Part shown: positions 38,381 through 47,565 of the stretch, one piece after another | Position numbering within the stretch: the stretch's first letter is position 1 | Layout of the letters: every line of letters starts with the position of its first letter | NCBI GenBank assembly: GCA_964561875.1 | Contig: CAZLQL010000003.1 | Span: 5,822-69,821, forward strand | DNA: 64,000 nt | Direction: 5' to 3' | Source of the DNA: an uncultured Candidatus Saccharibacteria bacterium | Lineage (GTDB): Bacteria; Patescibacteriota; Minisyncoccia; Phycocordibacterales; PALSA-1337 | Program-made: the position numbers and the translations under genes | Notes under the pieces: generated by a model | What the model was told of the DNA's origin: nothing | The model's input: the letters and a program-made list of their open reading frames with translations, nothing else | Databases searched by the model: none

Positions 38381-40603
38381 ATGAATTCAAAAACAATAGA
38401 AAATATATTAAAATTTACAGTATTTACTTCATTATTCGCAGTATTGTTTGTGCCACTTTATGTAGAAAATCACCTTTTCTTTCCTTTTATAACAGGAAAG
38501 GGATTTTTATTTAGAATACTTACTGAAATAGCTTTTGTATCATGGATAATATTGTTTATGAGAAATAGAGACTATTTACCAAAATGGTCTTCTATACAAG
38601 TTAGCTTTACTCTATTCACAATCGTAATCCTAGTCGCAGATATTCTAGGTCTAAATTTCTTGAGAAGCTTCTGGTCAAACTTCGAACGTATGGACGGTTT
38701 TGTAGGTCTTATACATCTATGGGGATATTTTATGGTCTTAACATCTGTCATGACATATAGAGTAGGGGACTTCTTAAATTGGAGAAGATATCTAAATACA
38801 AGTATATTTGTGTCTATAATAATTACTATATATTCTCTATTTCAATTGTTAGGTTGGGCTGATATCCATCAAGGTTCTACACGTCTAGATGCATCTTTGG
38901 GAAATGCTATATATCTTGCTGCTTACCTATTGTTCCATATATTTATCGCTATATATCTTGCTTTTGATTCTGCAGAAAGAAGAAATAAAATTCTAGTATG
39001 GTTCTATTCTGTATTATCGATTGTATTTGCTTTCTTTATGTATGAGACAGCAACAAGAGGAGCGGTACTTGGAGTTTTGGTGGGTCTTGTTGTTGGCCTT
39101 ATAATGCTTTCAATCTGGAGTAAAAAGGAAGATAAGGTAATAAGATATTCTTCAATTGGAATATTACTATTTCTACTTATATCAGTATCTATATTTTGGT
39201 TAAATAAAGATACAAAATTTGTTCAGGGAAACGATATATTGAGACGCTTCGCTTCTATATCTATAAGTGAAACTAAGACTCAAGCTAGAGGATATATATG
39301 GCCAATGGCAATAAAGGGTGCTTTCGAAAATAAAAAAACAACTATCATAGGTTCAGGACAGGAAAATTTTAACTATGTATTTAATGCAAACTATAACCCA
39401 AATATGTGGAGACATGAGCAGTGGTTCGACAGAGCTCACAACTCATATCTAGATTGGTTGGTTGCCGGTGGACTTCTTGGACTTATTGCATATCTGGCTA
39501 TATTTATATCAGCATTTTATATGATAATCAGAAGTGATATATCTATAAATAAGAAGGCAACACTCTTTGGTGTAATAATCGCTTATGGAATACAAAGTAT
39601 ATTTACTTTCGATAACCTAACTAGCTATTTATACTTCATAATAATTCTATCTATTATAGCTACACCAAGATCTACAAAACTTCATAATTGGATTTCAAAG
39701 ATACTATTATCAAATTCAAATAATTATCCAATAATAAGAGATTATTTATACACTCCTGTAGTTCTTATATTGTTTATAGTTACAATATACACAATCAATG
39801 TAAGACCTATACAAGCAAATACAAGACTTATAGATGCTATGATATCTTGTTCAGGTGGTCAAAATACTCCTTCAGTTGAAGCTTATCAAAATGCTTTGAA
39901 ACTTGATCAATATGTCGCAAATCAAGAGATAAGAGAACAATCGCTTGCTTGTGGAACAAATATAATAAGAAGCAATCTTTCACAAAGTGCAAAAGAGAGT
40001 TTTGCTTATTTTGTGGTTACAAATATAGACAAGCAGATCAATATCACTCCAAATGATGCAAGAGCTTTTTATCTAGGTGGTACATTCCTTGATGAAGCGG
40101 GTAATTGGTCAGCTGCAAATGTATTGCTTGAAAGAGCAAATCAACTTTCACCAAACAAGCAATCGATCATGCTTGAATTGGCCACAAACTATATAAATTC
40201 AAATAGAATGAATGATGCTGTAGAGATCACTAGAAAAGCTTATGAACTAGCTACTGATAACGATATATCTAGAGCAGCCTACATATCTGTTCTTATAGTT
40301 TCAGGACAAGAAGCAAAAGCAAAAGAAATATTCTCCAAGCAACCAGAAGCTTTCTATGATGAGAGAATTGTAAACGCCTATATGAATAAAAAGCAGTTTG
40401 ATAAAGCGGCTTCAGTATATAAAAAACTAATTGAAATTAATCCAGAATATAAACAATATTATCTACAACTAGCTGGAGTATATTACGCAAGTGGAAATAA
40501 ATATCTAACAATACAAGAACTTAAGCTAATAGGGGATAAATTCCCAGAATCAAAAAAGCAGATTGATGATGCAATAAAGGAAGTGGAAAAGAAATTGCAA
40601 TAA
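38381..40603 (+). CDS. O-antigen ligase-like (Wzy_C) membrane protein with C-terminal TPR repeats
   Basis: Polytopic N-terminal half containing AHNSYLDWLVAGGLLGL (O-antigen ligase HN..L...E.G..G motif) and a C-terminal TPR region. Confidence 0.6.
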   Translation: MNSKTIENILKFTVFTSLFAVLFVPLYVENHLFFPFITGKGFLFRILTEIAFVSWIILFMRNRDYLPKWSSIQVSFTLFTIVILVADILGLNFLRSFWSNFERMDGFVGLIHLWGYFMVLTSVMTYRVGDFLNWRRYLNTSIFVSIIITIYSLFQLLGWADIHQGSTRLDASLGNAIYLAAYLLFHIFIAIYLAFDSAERRNKILVWFYSVLSIVFAFFMYETATRGAVLGVLVGLVVGLIMLSIWSKKEDKVIRYSSIGILLFLLISVSIFWLNKDTKFVQGNDILRRFASISISETKTQARGYIWPMAIKGAFENKKTTIIGSGQENFNYVFNANYNPNMWRHEQWFDRAHNSYLDWLVAGGLLGLIAYLAIFISAFYMIIRSDISINKKATLFGVIIAYGIQSIFTFDNLTSYLYFIIILSIIATPRSTKLHNWISKILLSNSNNYPIIRDYLYTPVVLILFIVTIYTINVRPIQANTRLIDAMISCSGGQNTPSVEAYQNALKLDQYVANQEIREQSLACGTNIIRSNLSQSAKESFAYFVVTNIDKQINITPNDARAFYLGGTFLDEAGNWSAANVLLERANQLSPNKQSIMLELATNYINSNRMNDAVEITRKAYELATDNDISRAAYISVLIVSGQEAKAKEIFSKQPEAFYDERIVNAYMNKKQFDKAASVYKKLIEINPEYKQYYLQLAGVYYASGNKYLTIQELKLIGDKFPESKKQIDDAIKEVEKKLQ

Positions 40604-40691
40604 TTATTGCATAATTAAAACTGATATATTAAAATATAGTGGTGTGAGTATCACAAATGTGTTGGTACTTCCAAATAAAATGTCTACGAAA

Positions 40692-40720
40692 GGTCCTGTC
40701 TCGGCAGGATTTTTCGTTTT
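40692..40720 (+). terminator. Rho-independent terminator
   Basis: TCCTG-tctcgg-CAGGA followed by TTTTTCGTTTTT. Confidence 0.5.
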
Positions 40721-40780
40721 TATTTAAATAATTGTAAATGTAGGGGTAAAAGCTATATTTTCATCAAAAAGTAATATTGT

Positions 40781-40809
40781 TTGAAAAAACATGATTTAGG
40801 TGTATAAAT
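40781..40809 (+). promoter_or_regulatory. Promoter TTGAAA-N17-(TG)ATAAAT
   Basis: Consensus-like -35 and -10 elements with about 17-nt spacing, about 30 nt upstream of the SD of the small ORF. Confidence 0.4.
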
Positions 40810-40837
40810 ATCTAGAAAGTACAAAAGGAGACATATT

Positions 40838-41026
40838 ATGCCCAGAACTGAAAGAAATAGTTCACCTGGTCGAAGAAACGGTAAGGTCAATAAAGCCAAA
40901 CAAGCAAGGACTGTTGGTAAACCGAAGCGTATCACGCATTACACTACGGGACCGCACTCGAGAGTTGAGTTTGTGTCTTTTACGCCACCACCTGTTACCC
41001 CGCTGGGTGTTAACCAGATCATTTGA
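40838..41026 (+). CDS. Small basic protein (62 aa), unknown
   Basis: AAGGAG 7 nt upstream of the ATG. Own promoter and strong terminator. About 45% GC, versus about 30% for neighbours. Arg/Lys-rich N-terminal half. Confidence 0.4.
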   Translation: MPRTERNSSPGRRNGKVNKAKQARTVGKPKRITHYTTGPHSRVEFVSFTPPPVTPLGVNQII

Positions 41027-41033
41027 TTCTTTA

Positions 41034-41062
41034 AAGAGGAAGCCGGTGCTTCCTCTTTTTTA
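41034..41062 (+). terminator. Rho-independent terminator
   Basis: AAGAGGAAGC-cggt-GCTTCCTCTT followed by TTTTTT. Confidence 0.6.
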
Positions 41063-41248
41063 TTCAACATGTTTATTTTGTTTGTTTTCCACATATAAAA
41101 TATATTTTATTTTTATACTCATGCTACAATAAAAAAGGATTGTTCCAAATGCTGGTGGTGGCTGTACTCACATATTAATTAGACATTATATTTGGAGCTG
41201 ACACCCATCACCAACATTTGGCGCAATCCCTAATATACACTTTATTAA

Positions 41249-42268
41249 GTGAATATAATTTCTGGCCCAAATTTAAATAATTTGACAACTTTTCGTATCG
41301 GGGGTAAAGCCCGATTTTTTTGTAGTATAAATAGTATAGAAGATATAGAAAAAGCATTAGAATTCGCTTCAAATAATAATTTAAAGATATTTGTTTTAGG
41401 TGGAGGTTCAAATATACTTTTTTCGGACGAAGGTTTTGATGGTTTGGTAGTAAAGATGGAAATGATGGGTGTAAATGTTGAAGATATAGATGATGAAAAG
41501 AGTTTGGTTGAAGCTTTTGCAGGTGAGAATTGGGATGATTTTGTAAAATTTACTGTAGATAAAGGATTATATGGTCTTGAAAATTTATCATATATACCAG
41601 GTACAGTAGGAGCAAGTCCGGTTCAAAACATCGGAGCGTATGGAAGTGAAGTGAAAGATACTATTTATTCTGTAAAGGTATTTGATATAAAGGATAATAA
41701 AATAGTTTTTTTTAACAACAAGGATTGTGATTTTAGTTATAGAAATAGTATTTTTAAAAAGAATAAAGGTAGGTATATCATAGTTTCAGTTAAATTTATT
41801 TTAAATAAAAAAGGTAAATTAAATCTTGAGTATAAAGATATTAAAGAATATTTATTAAAAAATAATATAAAGAATCCAACACTTTTAGATATTAGAGAAG
41901 CTGTAATAAATATAAGGAAGAATAAATTACCAGATATTGGTCTTGTCGGTACAGCAGGTTCATTTTTTAAAAATCCAATTATAAAAAAGGAAAAGGTAGT
42001 TGAATTAAAAGTTAAATGGCCAGAATTGCCTGTGTATGATCATAATGATGAGGAAGTTAAGGTCTCTTTAGCATGGATAATCGATAAAGTATGTGGTTTA
42101 AAGGGTTTGAGTAAGGGGAATGTCGGTATATATAAGAATCAGGCATTAGTACTGGTAAATAATGGAAATGCTACAGCACAAGAAGTAAAAGATTTTGCAA
42201 ATATTATAATAAAATCTGTAAAGGATATGACAGGTATAGATATAGAAACTGAGGTGGAATGGGTTTAG
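41249..42268 (+). CDS. murB: UDP-N-acetylenolpyruvoylglucosamine reductase
   Basis: N-terminal NLTTFRIGGKARFF (FAD-binding, MurB-typical), 339 aa, GTG start. Confidence 0.85.
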   Translation: MNIISGPNLNNLTTFRIGGKARFFCSINSIEDIEKALEFASNNNLKIFVLGGGSNILFSDEGFDGLVVKMEMMGVNVEDIDDEKSLVEAFAGENWDDFVKFTVDKGLYGLENLSYIPGTVGASPVQNIGAYGSEVKDTIYSVKVFDIKDNKIVFFNNKDCDFSYRNSIFKKNKGRYIIVSVKFILNKKGKLNLEYKDIKEYLLKNNIKNPTLLDIREAVINIRKNKLPDIGLVGTAGSFFKNPIIKKEKVVELKVKWPELPVYDHNDEEVKVSLAWIIDKVCGLKGLSKGNVGIYKNQALVLVNNGNATAQEVKDFANIIIKSVKDMTGIDIETEVEWV

Positions 42269-42281
42269 AAATTATGATATA

Positions 42282-44804
42282 GTGGCCGGACATATGGCTT
42301 TTTCACTAAAAACAATTTTTGGGGATAGAAATGCAAGCTTATTAAAGAAATACTCTGGTATTGTTTCTCAAGTAAACGCACTAGAATCCAGCATAAGCGC
42401 ACTTTCTGATTTAGAATTAAAAGACAAGACCAAATCTTTTAAAGAAAGACTAAATGGTAAAAGTGTCACAGATCAAAAGAAAATACTCGATGAAATACTT
42501 CCTGAAGCATTTGCTTTAGTTAGAGAAGCTTCAAAAAGAACTTTAAAACAAAGACACTTTGATGTTCAGCTTATTGGTGGTGCCATTCTTAATGGAGGAA
42601 ATATAGCTGAAATGAGAACTGGAGAAGGAAAGACTCTGGTTGCAACTCTTCCTGCATATCTAAATGCTTTAACAGGTCGTGGGGTACATATAGTTACTGT
42701 AAATGATTATCTATCAAGAAGAGATGCTGTATGGATGGGACAGGTATATGATCTACTTGGTCTAACAACAGGAGTAATAAATCACGAAACTTCATATTTA
42801 TACGATCCAAATCACAAAAATACAGGAGATGATAAGGTTGTAGATGAAAAAAGAGATGAGATAGGTTCTTTCCATGTGGTACACGATTATCTGCGCCCAG
42901 TTACAAGACGTGAAGCGTATTATGCAGATATAACATACGGTACAAACAACGAATTTGGTTTCGATTACCTTCGTGACAATCTCGAATATGAAGAAAGCAA
43001 GCTTCGTCAAAGAGAATTTAATTATGCAATAGTCGATGAAATAGACTCTATTCTTATAGATGAAGCTAGAACCCCACTTATTATATCTTCTCCAACTGTA
43101 GATTCAGAGAAACTTTATGGATCATTTGCGCAACTGGTTAGAGATTTTGTTAAAGATGAAGATTTTAAAGTCGATGAAAAAAATAGAAGCATTGCACTTA
43201 CACCAAAAGGAATAGAAAAGGCAGAAAAGAAACTGGGTGTAGACAATATATATACCGATAAAGGAATAAAATATGTGCACCATTTAGAGACAGCTATAAG
43301 AGCAAAGGCACTGTTTCATTTAAATAAAGAATACGTAATAAAAGATAATGCTATTGTCATAGTCGATGAATTCACAGGACGTCTACAACCAGGAAGACGT
43401 TGGTCAGAAGGACTACATCAGGCCATAGAAGCAAAAGAAGGTGTAGAAATTCAAAAGGAATCTAGAACCTTTGCTTCTATTACATTCCAGAATTATTTTA
43501 GATTATACAAAAAGCTTTCAGGTATGACGGGTACAGCGTTAACTTCAAGTGAAGAGTTTTTTAAAGTTTACGGTCTTGAAACCATAGTGGTACCTACAAA
43601 TAAAACTATACAGAGAATAGATGAAAATGATTTGATATTTCAAACTGAAATAGGTAAATACAAAGCAATAGCAAGGAAAGTAAAAGAGTTACATGCTAAT
43701 GGACAGCCAGTTCTTATAGGTACAGTTTCTATAGAAAAAAACGAAGTTCTATCACAGTTTCTAAAAGCAGAAGGTGTCCCACATGAAGTATTGAATGCTA
43801 AAAATCACGAAAGAGAAGGTGAAATAGTCGCTCAAGCTGGTAAAAAAGGTGCTGTAACAATAGCAACAAACATGGCGGGTAGAGGAGTGGATATAAAACT
43901 TGGTGGAAATCCCGGAAGTAAGGAATTGTACGAAGAAATAAAATCAATAGGAGGATTGTTTGTATTGGGTACAGAGCGTCATGAAGCTAGAAGAATAGAC
44001 AATCAGCTTAGAGGTAGGTCAGGAAGACAAGGAGATCCAGGTAAGACACAGTTCTTCGTTTCTCTTGAAGATTCATTGATGCGCATATTTGCTGGAGATA
44101 CAGTAAAGGGACTTATGGGTAAACTCAATCTTGCTGAAGATGAAGCTATAGAAAATAGGATAATCACAAAATCTTTAGAAAATGCTCAAACAAAGATAGA
44201 GGGATTTAATTTTGATTCAAGAAAACATGTGCTTGAATATGACGATATCTTAAATCAACAAAGAAAAGTTATATATGAAAGAAGAAGATCTATATTGACG
44301 GGGTCAATCGATGAAGTAGAAAATAAACTAAATGAAATTGTAGGTCAAAATGAAGAATTAAAGAAAGTAGTAAAAGAAAAAACAGAGTTAATGGGAAGAG
44401 ATAGGTTCATATCTACTGCTAGACAACTTATGTTACAAACAATAGATATGTTCTGGGTTGAACATCTAGAGGTGATGGATTATACACGTTCGAGTGTAAA
44501 TCTTCGTGCTTACGGACAACGTGATCCTTTGGTTGAATATAAGAGGGAGGGTTTAAGACTGTTTAAGGAGATGCAAGGTGTTGTCGAAAATCAGATTATC
44601 AGTTTACTTCCTCATGTTGGTGCTGGTGTAGCAAATCCTGAAACAATTAAGTTAAGAGAAATTCATGATGAAGCGCAAGTAATAGGTGGAGGAGATGGAA
44701 GTTCAAACAATAATACAGATAGTACAACAAAACCTGAAGTTGGTAGAAATGATCCATGTCCTTGTGGAAGTGGAAAAAAGTACAAGAAGTGTCATGGTAG
44801 ATAA
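42282..44804 (+). CDS. secA: Preprotein translocase ATPase SecA
   Basis: Full-length SecA including MRTGEGKTL Walker A, the DEAD-like DEIDSILIDEART and the C-terminal zinc finger CPCGSGKKYKKCHG. Confidence 0.97.
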   Translation: MAGHMAFSLKTIFGDRNASLLKKYSGIVSQVNALESSISALSDLELKDKTKSFKERLNGKSVTDQKKILDEILPEAFALVREASKRTLKQRHFDVQLIGGAILNGGNIAEMRTGEGKTLVATLPAYLNALTGRGVHIVTVNDYLSRRDAVWMGQVYDLLGLTTGVINHETSYLYDPNHKNTGDDKVVDEKRDEIGSFHVVHDYLRPVTRREAYYADITYGTNNEFGFDYLRDNLEYEESKLRQREFNYAIVDEIDSILIDEARTPLIISSPTVDSEKLYGSFAQLVRDFVKDEDFKVDEKNRSIALTPKGIEKAEKKLGVDNIYTDKGIKYVHHLETAIRAKALFHLNKEYVIKDNAIVIVDEFTGRLQPGRRWSEGLHQAIEAKEGVEIQKESRTFASITFQNYFRLYKKLSGMTGTALTSSEEFFKVYGLETIVVPTNKTIQRIDENDLIFQTEIGKYKAIARKVKELHANGQPVLIGTVSIEKNEVLSQFLKAEGVPHEVLNAKNHEREGEIVAQAGKKGAVTIATNMAGRGVDIKLGGNPGSKELYEEIKSIGGLFVLGTERHEARRIDNQLRGRSGRQGDPGKTQFFVSLEDSLMRIFAGDTVKGLMGKLNLAEDEAIENRIITKSLENAQTKIEGFNFDSRKHVLEYDDILNQQRKVIYERRRSILTGSIDEVENKLNEIVGQNEELKKVVKEKTELMGRDRFISTARQLMLQTIDMFWVEHLEVMDYTRSSVNLRAYGQRDPLVEYKREGLRLFKEMQGVVENQIISLLPHVGAGVANPETIKLREIHDEAQVIGGGDGSSNNNTDSTTKPEVGRNDPCPCGSGKKYKKCHGR

Positions 44805-45012
44805 AAATATTAAATTAGGGAAGTATAGACATTATAAAGGTAAAGAGTATGAAGTAATTGGTATTGCTAAACATAGTGAAAATCTGGAAGAATTGGTAGT
44901 ATATAAAGCACTTTATGATGAAGGAGATATCTGGGTAAGACCAGTTAAAATGTTTCTGGAAGAAGTCGAAGTAAATAAAAGTAAAGTTCCGCGTTTTAGT
45001 TTTATTGGTTAA
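44794..45012 (+). CDS. DUF1653 family small protein
   Basis: MVDKNIKLGKYRHYKGKEYEVIGIAKHSENLEELVVYKALYD...WVRPVKMF matches the DUF1653 pattern. Its ATG overlaps the secA stop (cATGgtagaTAA). Confidence 0.55.
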   Translation: MVDKNIKLGKYRHYKGKEYEVIGIAKHSENLEELVVYKALYDEGDIWVRPVKMFLEEVEVNKSKVPRFSFIG

Positions 45013-45044
45013 ATTAAATTTTAATTCTAAATAAAATAGAAGAC

Positions 45045-45956
45045 ATGCCAAAAAATAAAAAAGAAAAAGTTGTAGTAGTAGGTGGTGCGGGTTTTATAGG
45101 TTCAAACCTTACAGATAAACTTGTTGAAAAAGGTTTTGACGTTCATGTGATAGACAATCTAGTAGGTGGAAAAAAAGAAAATGTAAATAAAAATGCCAGT
45201 TTACATGTACTTGATATAACAAAAATAAAAGATATTCAACCTATAATAAATGGCGCTTCGTATGTATTTCATTTAGCTGCATTACCAAGAGTTCAGTTTT
45301 CTATTGATTTTCCAAGTGAATCAAACATGGTAAATGTTGAAGGAATGTTAAATGTTCTTATTGCTAGTACAAATGCAAAAGTAAAAAAGTTTATATATTC
45401 AGCTTCTTCCTCAGCTTATGGAGATCAAAAGAAAATGCCTTTAGTAGAAAGTTTTCCTGCAAATCCCAAGAGTCCATATGGTCTACAAAAATACATTGGT
45501 GAATTGTATTGTAAATTGTGGACAAATATATACGGTTTACCAACTGTTTCTCTCAGGTATTTCAATGTATACGGTCCAAGACAAAGTGCTGAAGGAGCAT
45601 ACGCACTTGTGATTGCAAAGTTCCTAGAACAAGTTAAACAAGGTAAACCAATGACAATAACTGGTAATGGAAAGCAAACTAGAGATTTTACTAGTGTACA
45701 TGATGTAGTAAATGCAAATATATTAGCAATGGAAAGTAAAAAAGTAGGTAATGGTGAAGTTATAAATATAGGTGCAGGTAAAAACTATTCGATAAATGAT
45801 GTTGCAAAATTTATAGGAGGGCCGGTTTTGTATGTGGAATCGAGATTAGAACCAAAAAATACTTTGGCAGACAATAAACTTGCAAAAAAGCTTTTAGGTT
45901 GGACACCAAAAGTTAGCTTAAAAGAGGGTATAGAGGAATTGAAAAAGATAAATTAA
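45045..45956 (+). CDS. NAD-dependent epimerase/dehydratase (UDP-glucose 4-epimerase-like SDR)
   Basis: VVVVGGAGFIGSNL Rossmann motif and catalytic YxxxK (YGLQKYIGE). 303 aa. Confidence 0.8.
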   Translation: MPKNKKEKVVVVGGAGFIGSNLTDKLVEKGFDVHVIDNLVGGKKENVNKNASLHVLDITKIKDIQPIINGASYVFHLAALPRVQFSIDFPSESNMVNVEGMLNVLIASTNAKVKKFIYSASSSAYGDQKKMPLVESFPANPKSPYGLQKYIGELYCKLWTNIYGLPTVSLRYFNVYGPRQSAEGAYALVIAKFLEQVKQGKPMTITGNGKQTRDFTSVHDVVNANILAMESKKVGNGEVINIGAGKNYSINDVAKFIGGPVLYVESRLEPKNTLADNKLAKKLLGWTPKVSLKEGIEELKKIN

Positions 45957-46462
45957 ACTTTTAAACCTCTTCGTTTTCTATACCAATAAACTATATAAAT
46001 AATTGCTAGAGATATTATATTTGTAAAAAATATAATAGGTGTTGACCAAGGTATTCCATCTATTGGTGTAAAACTAAATGGCCATAGGTATGGTGTTGGG
46101 AAAAAACTTGTTGAATGTGTAAATAAATCAAGAAATATATGAAAAGCCCAAGCAAACATTTCCCATACAGGTTTTTTCATTATTATCCAAACAACAAAAA
46201 ATACTACAGCAAATACAACAAAACTATGTGTTATGTTGTATAAAGTATGCACGTAAGAGTCTATTTCTATCATTCCAGGAGGTTTCATACTCCAGTGTAC
46301 TGACTCAGGATCAAATATAGTCATTACCAATCTAGATCCTGTGTATATACCAAATGATAAAAGGTCAGGTGCTATGCCAAGTAGAAATGCTAGCCAAAAA
46401 CTCTTTTTATTTTTTCTACCAAAAGCGATACTACCCCAAAGCCCATGTGAAAGTATGTCCAT
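45953..46462 (-). CDS. Membrane-bound metal-dependent hydrolase-like protein (YdjM/DUF457 family)
   Basis: MDILSHGLWG N-terminus followed by 4 TM segments. Size and pattern fit PF04307. Confidence 0.45.
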   Translation of the reverse strand: MDILSHGLWGSIAFGRKNKKSFWLAFLLGIAPDLLSFGIYTGSRLVMTIFDPESVHWSMKPPGMIEIDSYVHTLYNITHSFVVFAVVFFVVWIIMKKPVWEMFAWAFHIFLDLFTHSTSFFPTPYLWPFSFTPIDGIPWSTPIIFFTNIISLAIIYIVYWYRKRRGLKV

Positions 46463-46500
46463 ATGGTGTTATAATACAATATATATTGATTAATTAAAAT

Positions 46501-46959
46501 ATGAGATCGTTTCTAATAAAATTCGATTTTTGGTTTATTGGTTTTTTGAGAAAAATCAGCATTCCTTTTTCTAGATTTGCACTTTTTATAGTATTTTTTT
46601 GGTTTGGAATACTTAAGATAATAGGTACTAGTCCAGCAAATCCTCTTGTTTCAGATTTGCTACACTCCACACTGCCTTTTATGTCTTTCAGTGTGTTTAT
46701 CGTATTATTCTCTATTTATGAAATGATTATTGGTATAACGTTTCTTATACCTAGATTAGAAAGGCTAGCCATTGCACTACTCTTACCACATATGTTTATG
46801 ACTATTCTGCCACTATTTTTTCTTAGAGCAATGACTTGGCAAGGATTTTTAACACCTACACTTGAAGGTCAGTACATAATAAAAAATCTAGTTATCATAG
46901 CACTAGCTATGGGAATAGCGGGTCATTTAACACCTATAAATATTAAAAATAAAAAATGA
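46501..46959 (+). CDS. Small 4-TM membrane protein (DoxX/YkgB-DUF417-like)
   Basis: RFALFIVFFWFGILKIIG resembles the first helix of DUF417/DoxX-type proteins. Confidence 0.35.
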   Translation: MRSFLIKFDFWFIGFLRKISIPFSRFALFIVFFWFGILKIIGTSPANPLVSDLLHSTLPFMSFSVFIVLFSIYEMIIGITFLIPRLERLAIALLLPHMFMTILPLFFLRAMTWQGFLTPTLEGQYIIKNLVIIALAMGIAGHLTPINIKNKK

Positions 46960-47396
46960 AATTTAAATATTTAATCATATCTTCGGTATTTGTTATTTTA
47001 ATCATGACAGTGTTTTGGATATTTAAAAATAATTCAAATACCGTCAAGGTAGATTTAAAAAGTTTCAATATAATTTATGCTGATAATGAAGAAAAACTTG
47101 AGAAGGGTTTGAGCGATAGAGAAAGTTTGGATGATAAAAGTCTCATGTTATTTGTATTCAATAATCCTAGTACTTATGGATTTTGGATGAAGGATATGAA
47201 ATTTAATATTGATATTGTTTGGCTAGATGAATCATACAAAGTAGTGCATGTTGAAGAGAATTTATCACCAGAAACATATCCGAAAATATTTTATCCAAAG
47301 AGTAAAGCCCTCTATGTCCTGGAAGCAAATCCAAATTTTGTAAAAGATCATGATATAAAACTGGGCAATACACTCGTTTTTTCTGATAAAAAATAA
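46956..47396 (+). CDS. DUF192 family protein
   Basis: SLMLFVF...YGFWMKDMKFNIDIVWLDESYKVV matches DUF192 (COG1430). N-terminal TM/signal anchor. Confidence 0.55.
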   Translation: MKFKYLIISSVFVILIMTVFWIFKNNSNTVKVDLKSFNIIYADNEEKLEKGLSDRESLDDKSLMLFVFNNPSTYGFWMKDMKFNIDIVWLDESYKVVHVEENLSPETYPKIFYPKSKALYVLEANPNFVKDHDIKLGNTLVFSDKK

Positions 47397-47565
47397 TTTT
47401 ATAAAAAATCAACTCTTGTTATAAATTTTTTTTATTGTGCAGTTTGTTTTTTTGGAGTTATCCACTGTTTTTCTTTTTGTATGGGAAGTAAAATACATCA
47501 CACGCGAGCAATCAGTTCTTTTGTTATCTCTAAATTTTATTAATAATTAATTCACCAAAATAAAT

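Noticed and set aside
40838-41026. Interpreting the GC-elevated 190-nt segment as a small ncRNA
   Set aside because: A canonical SD at optimal spacing and an intact 62-codon frame favour a protein-coding gene. No 5' GGGG/acceptor or other RNA-family hallmark was seen.
47400-47565. NrdR box or cobalamin riboswitch upstream of nrdA
   Set aside because: No ACAC...GTGT palindromes or B12-box-like sequence are visible. The RNR is class I (NrdAB), so a B12 riboswitch is not expected.
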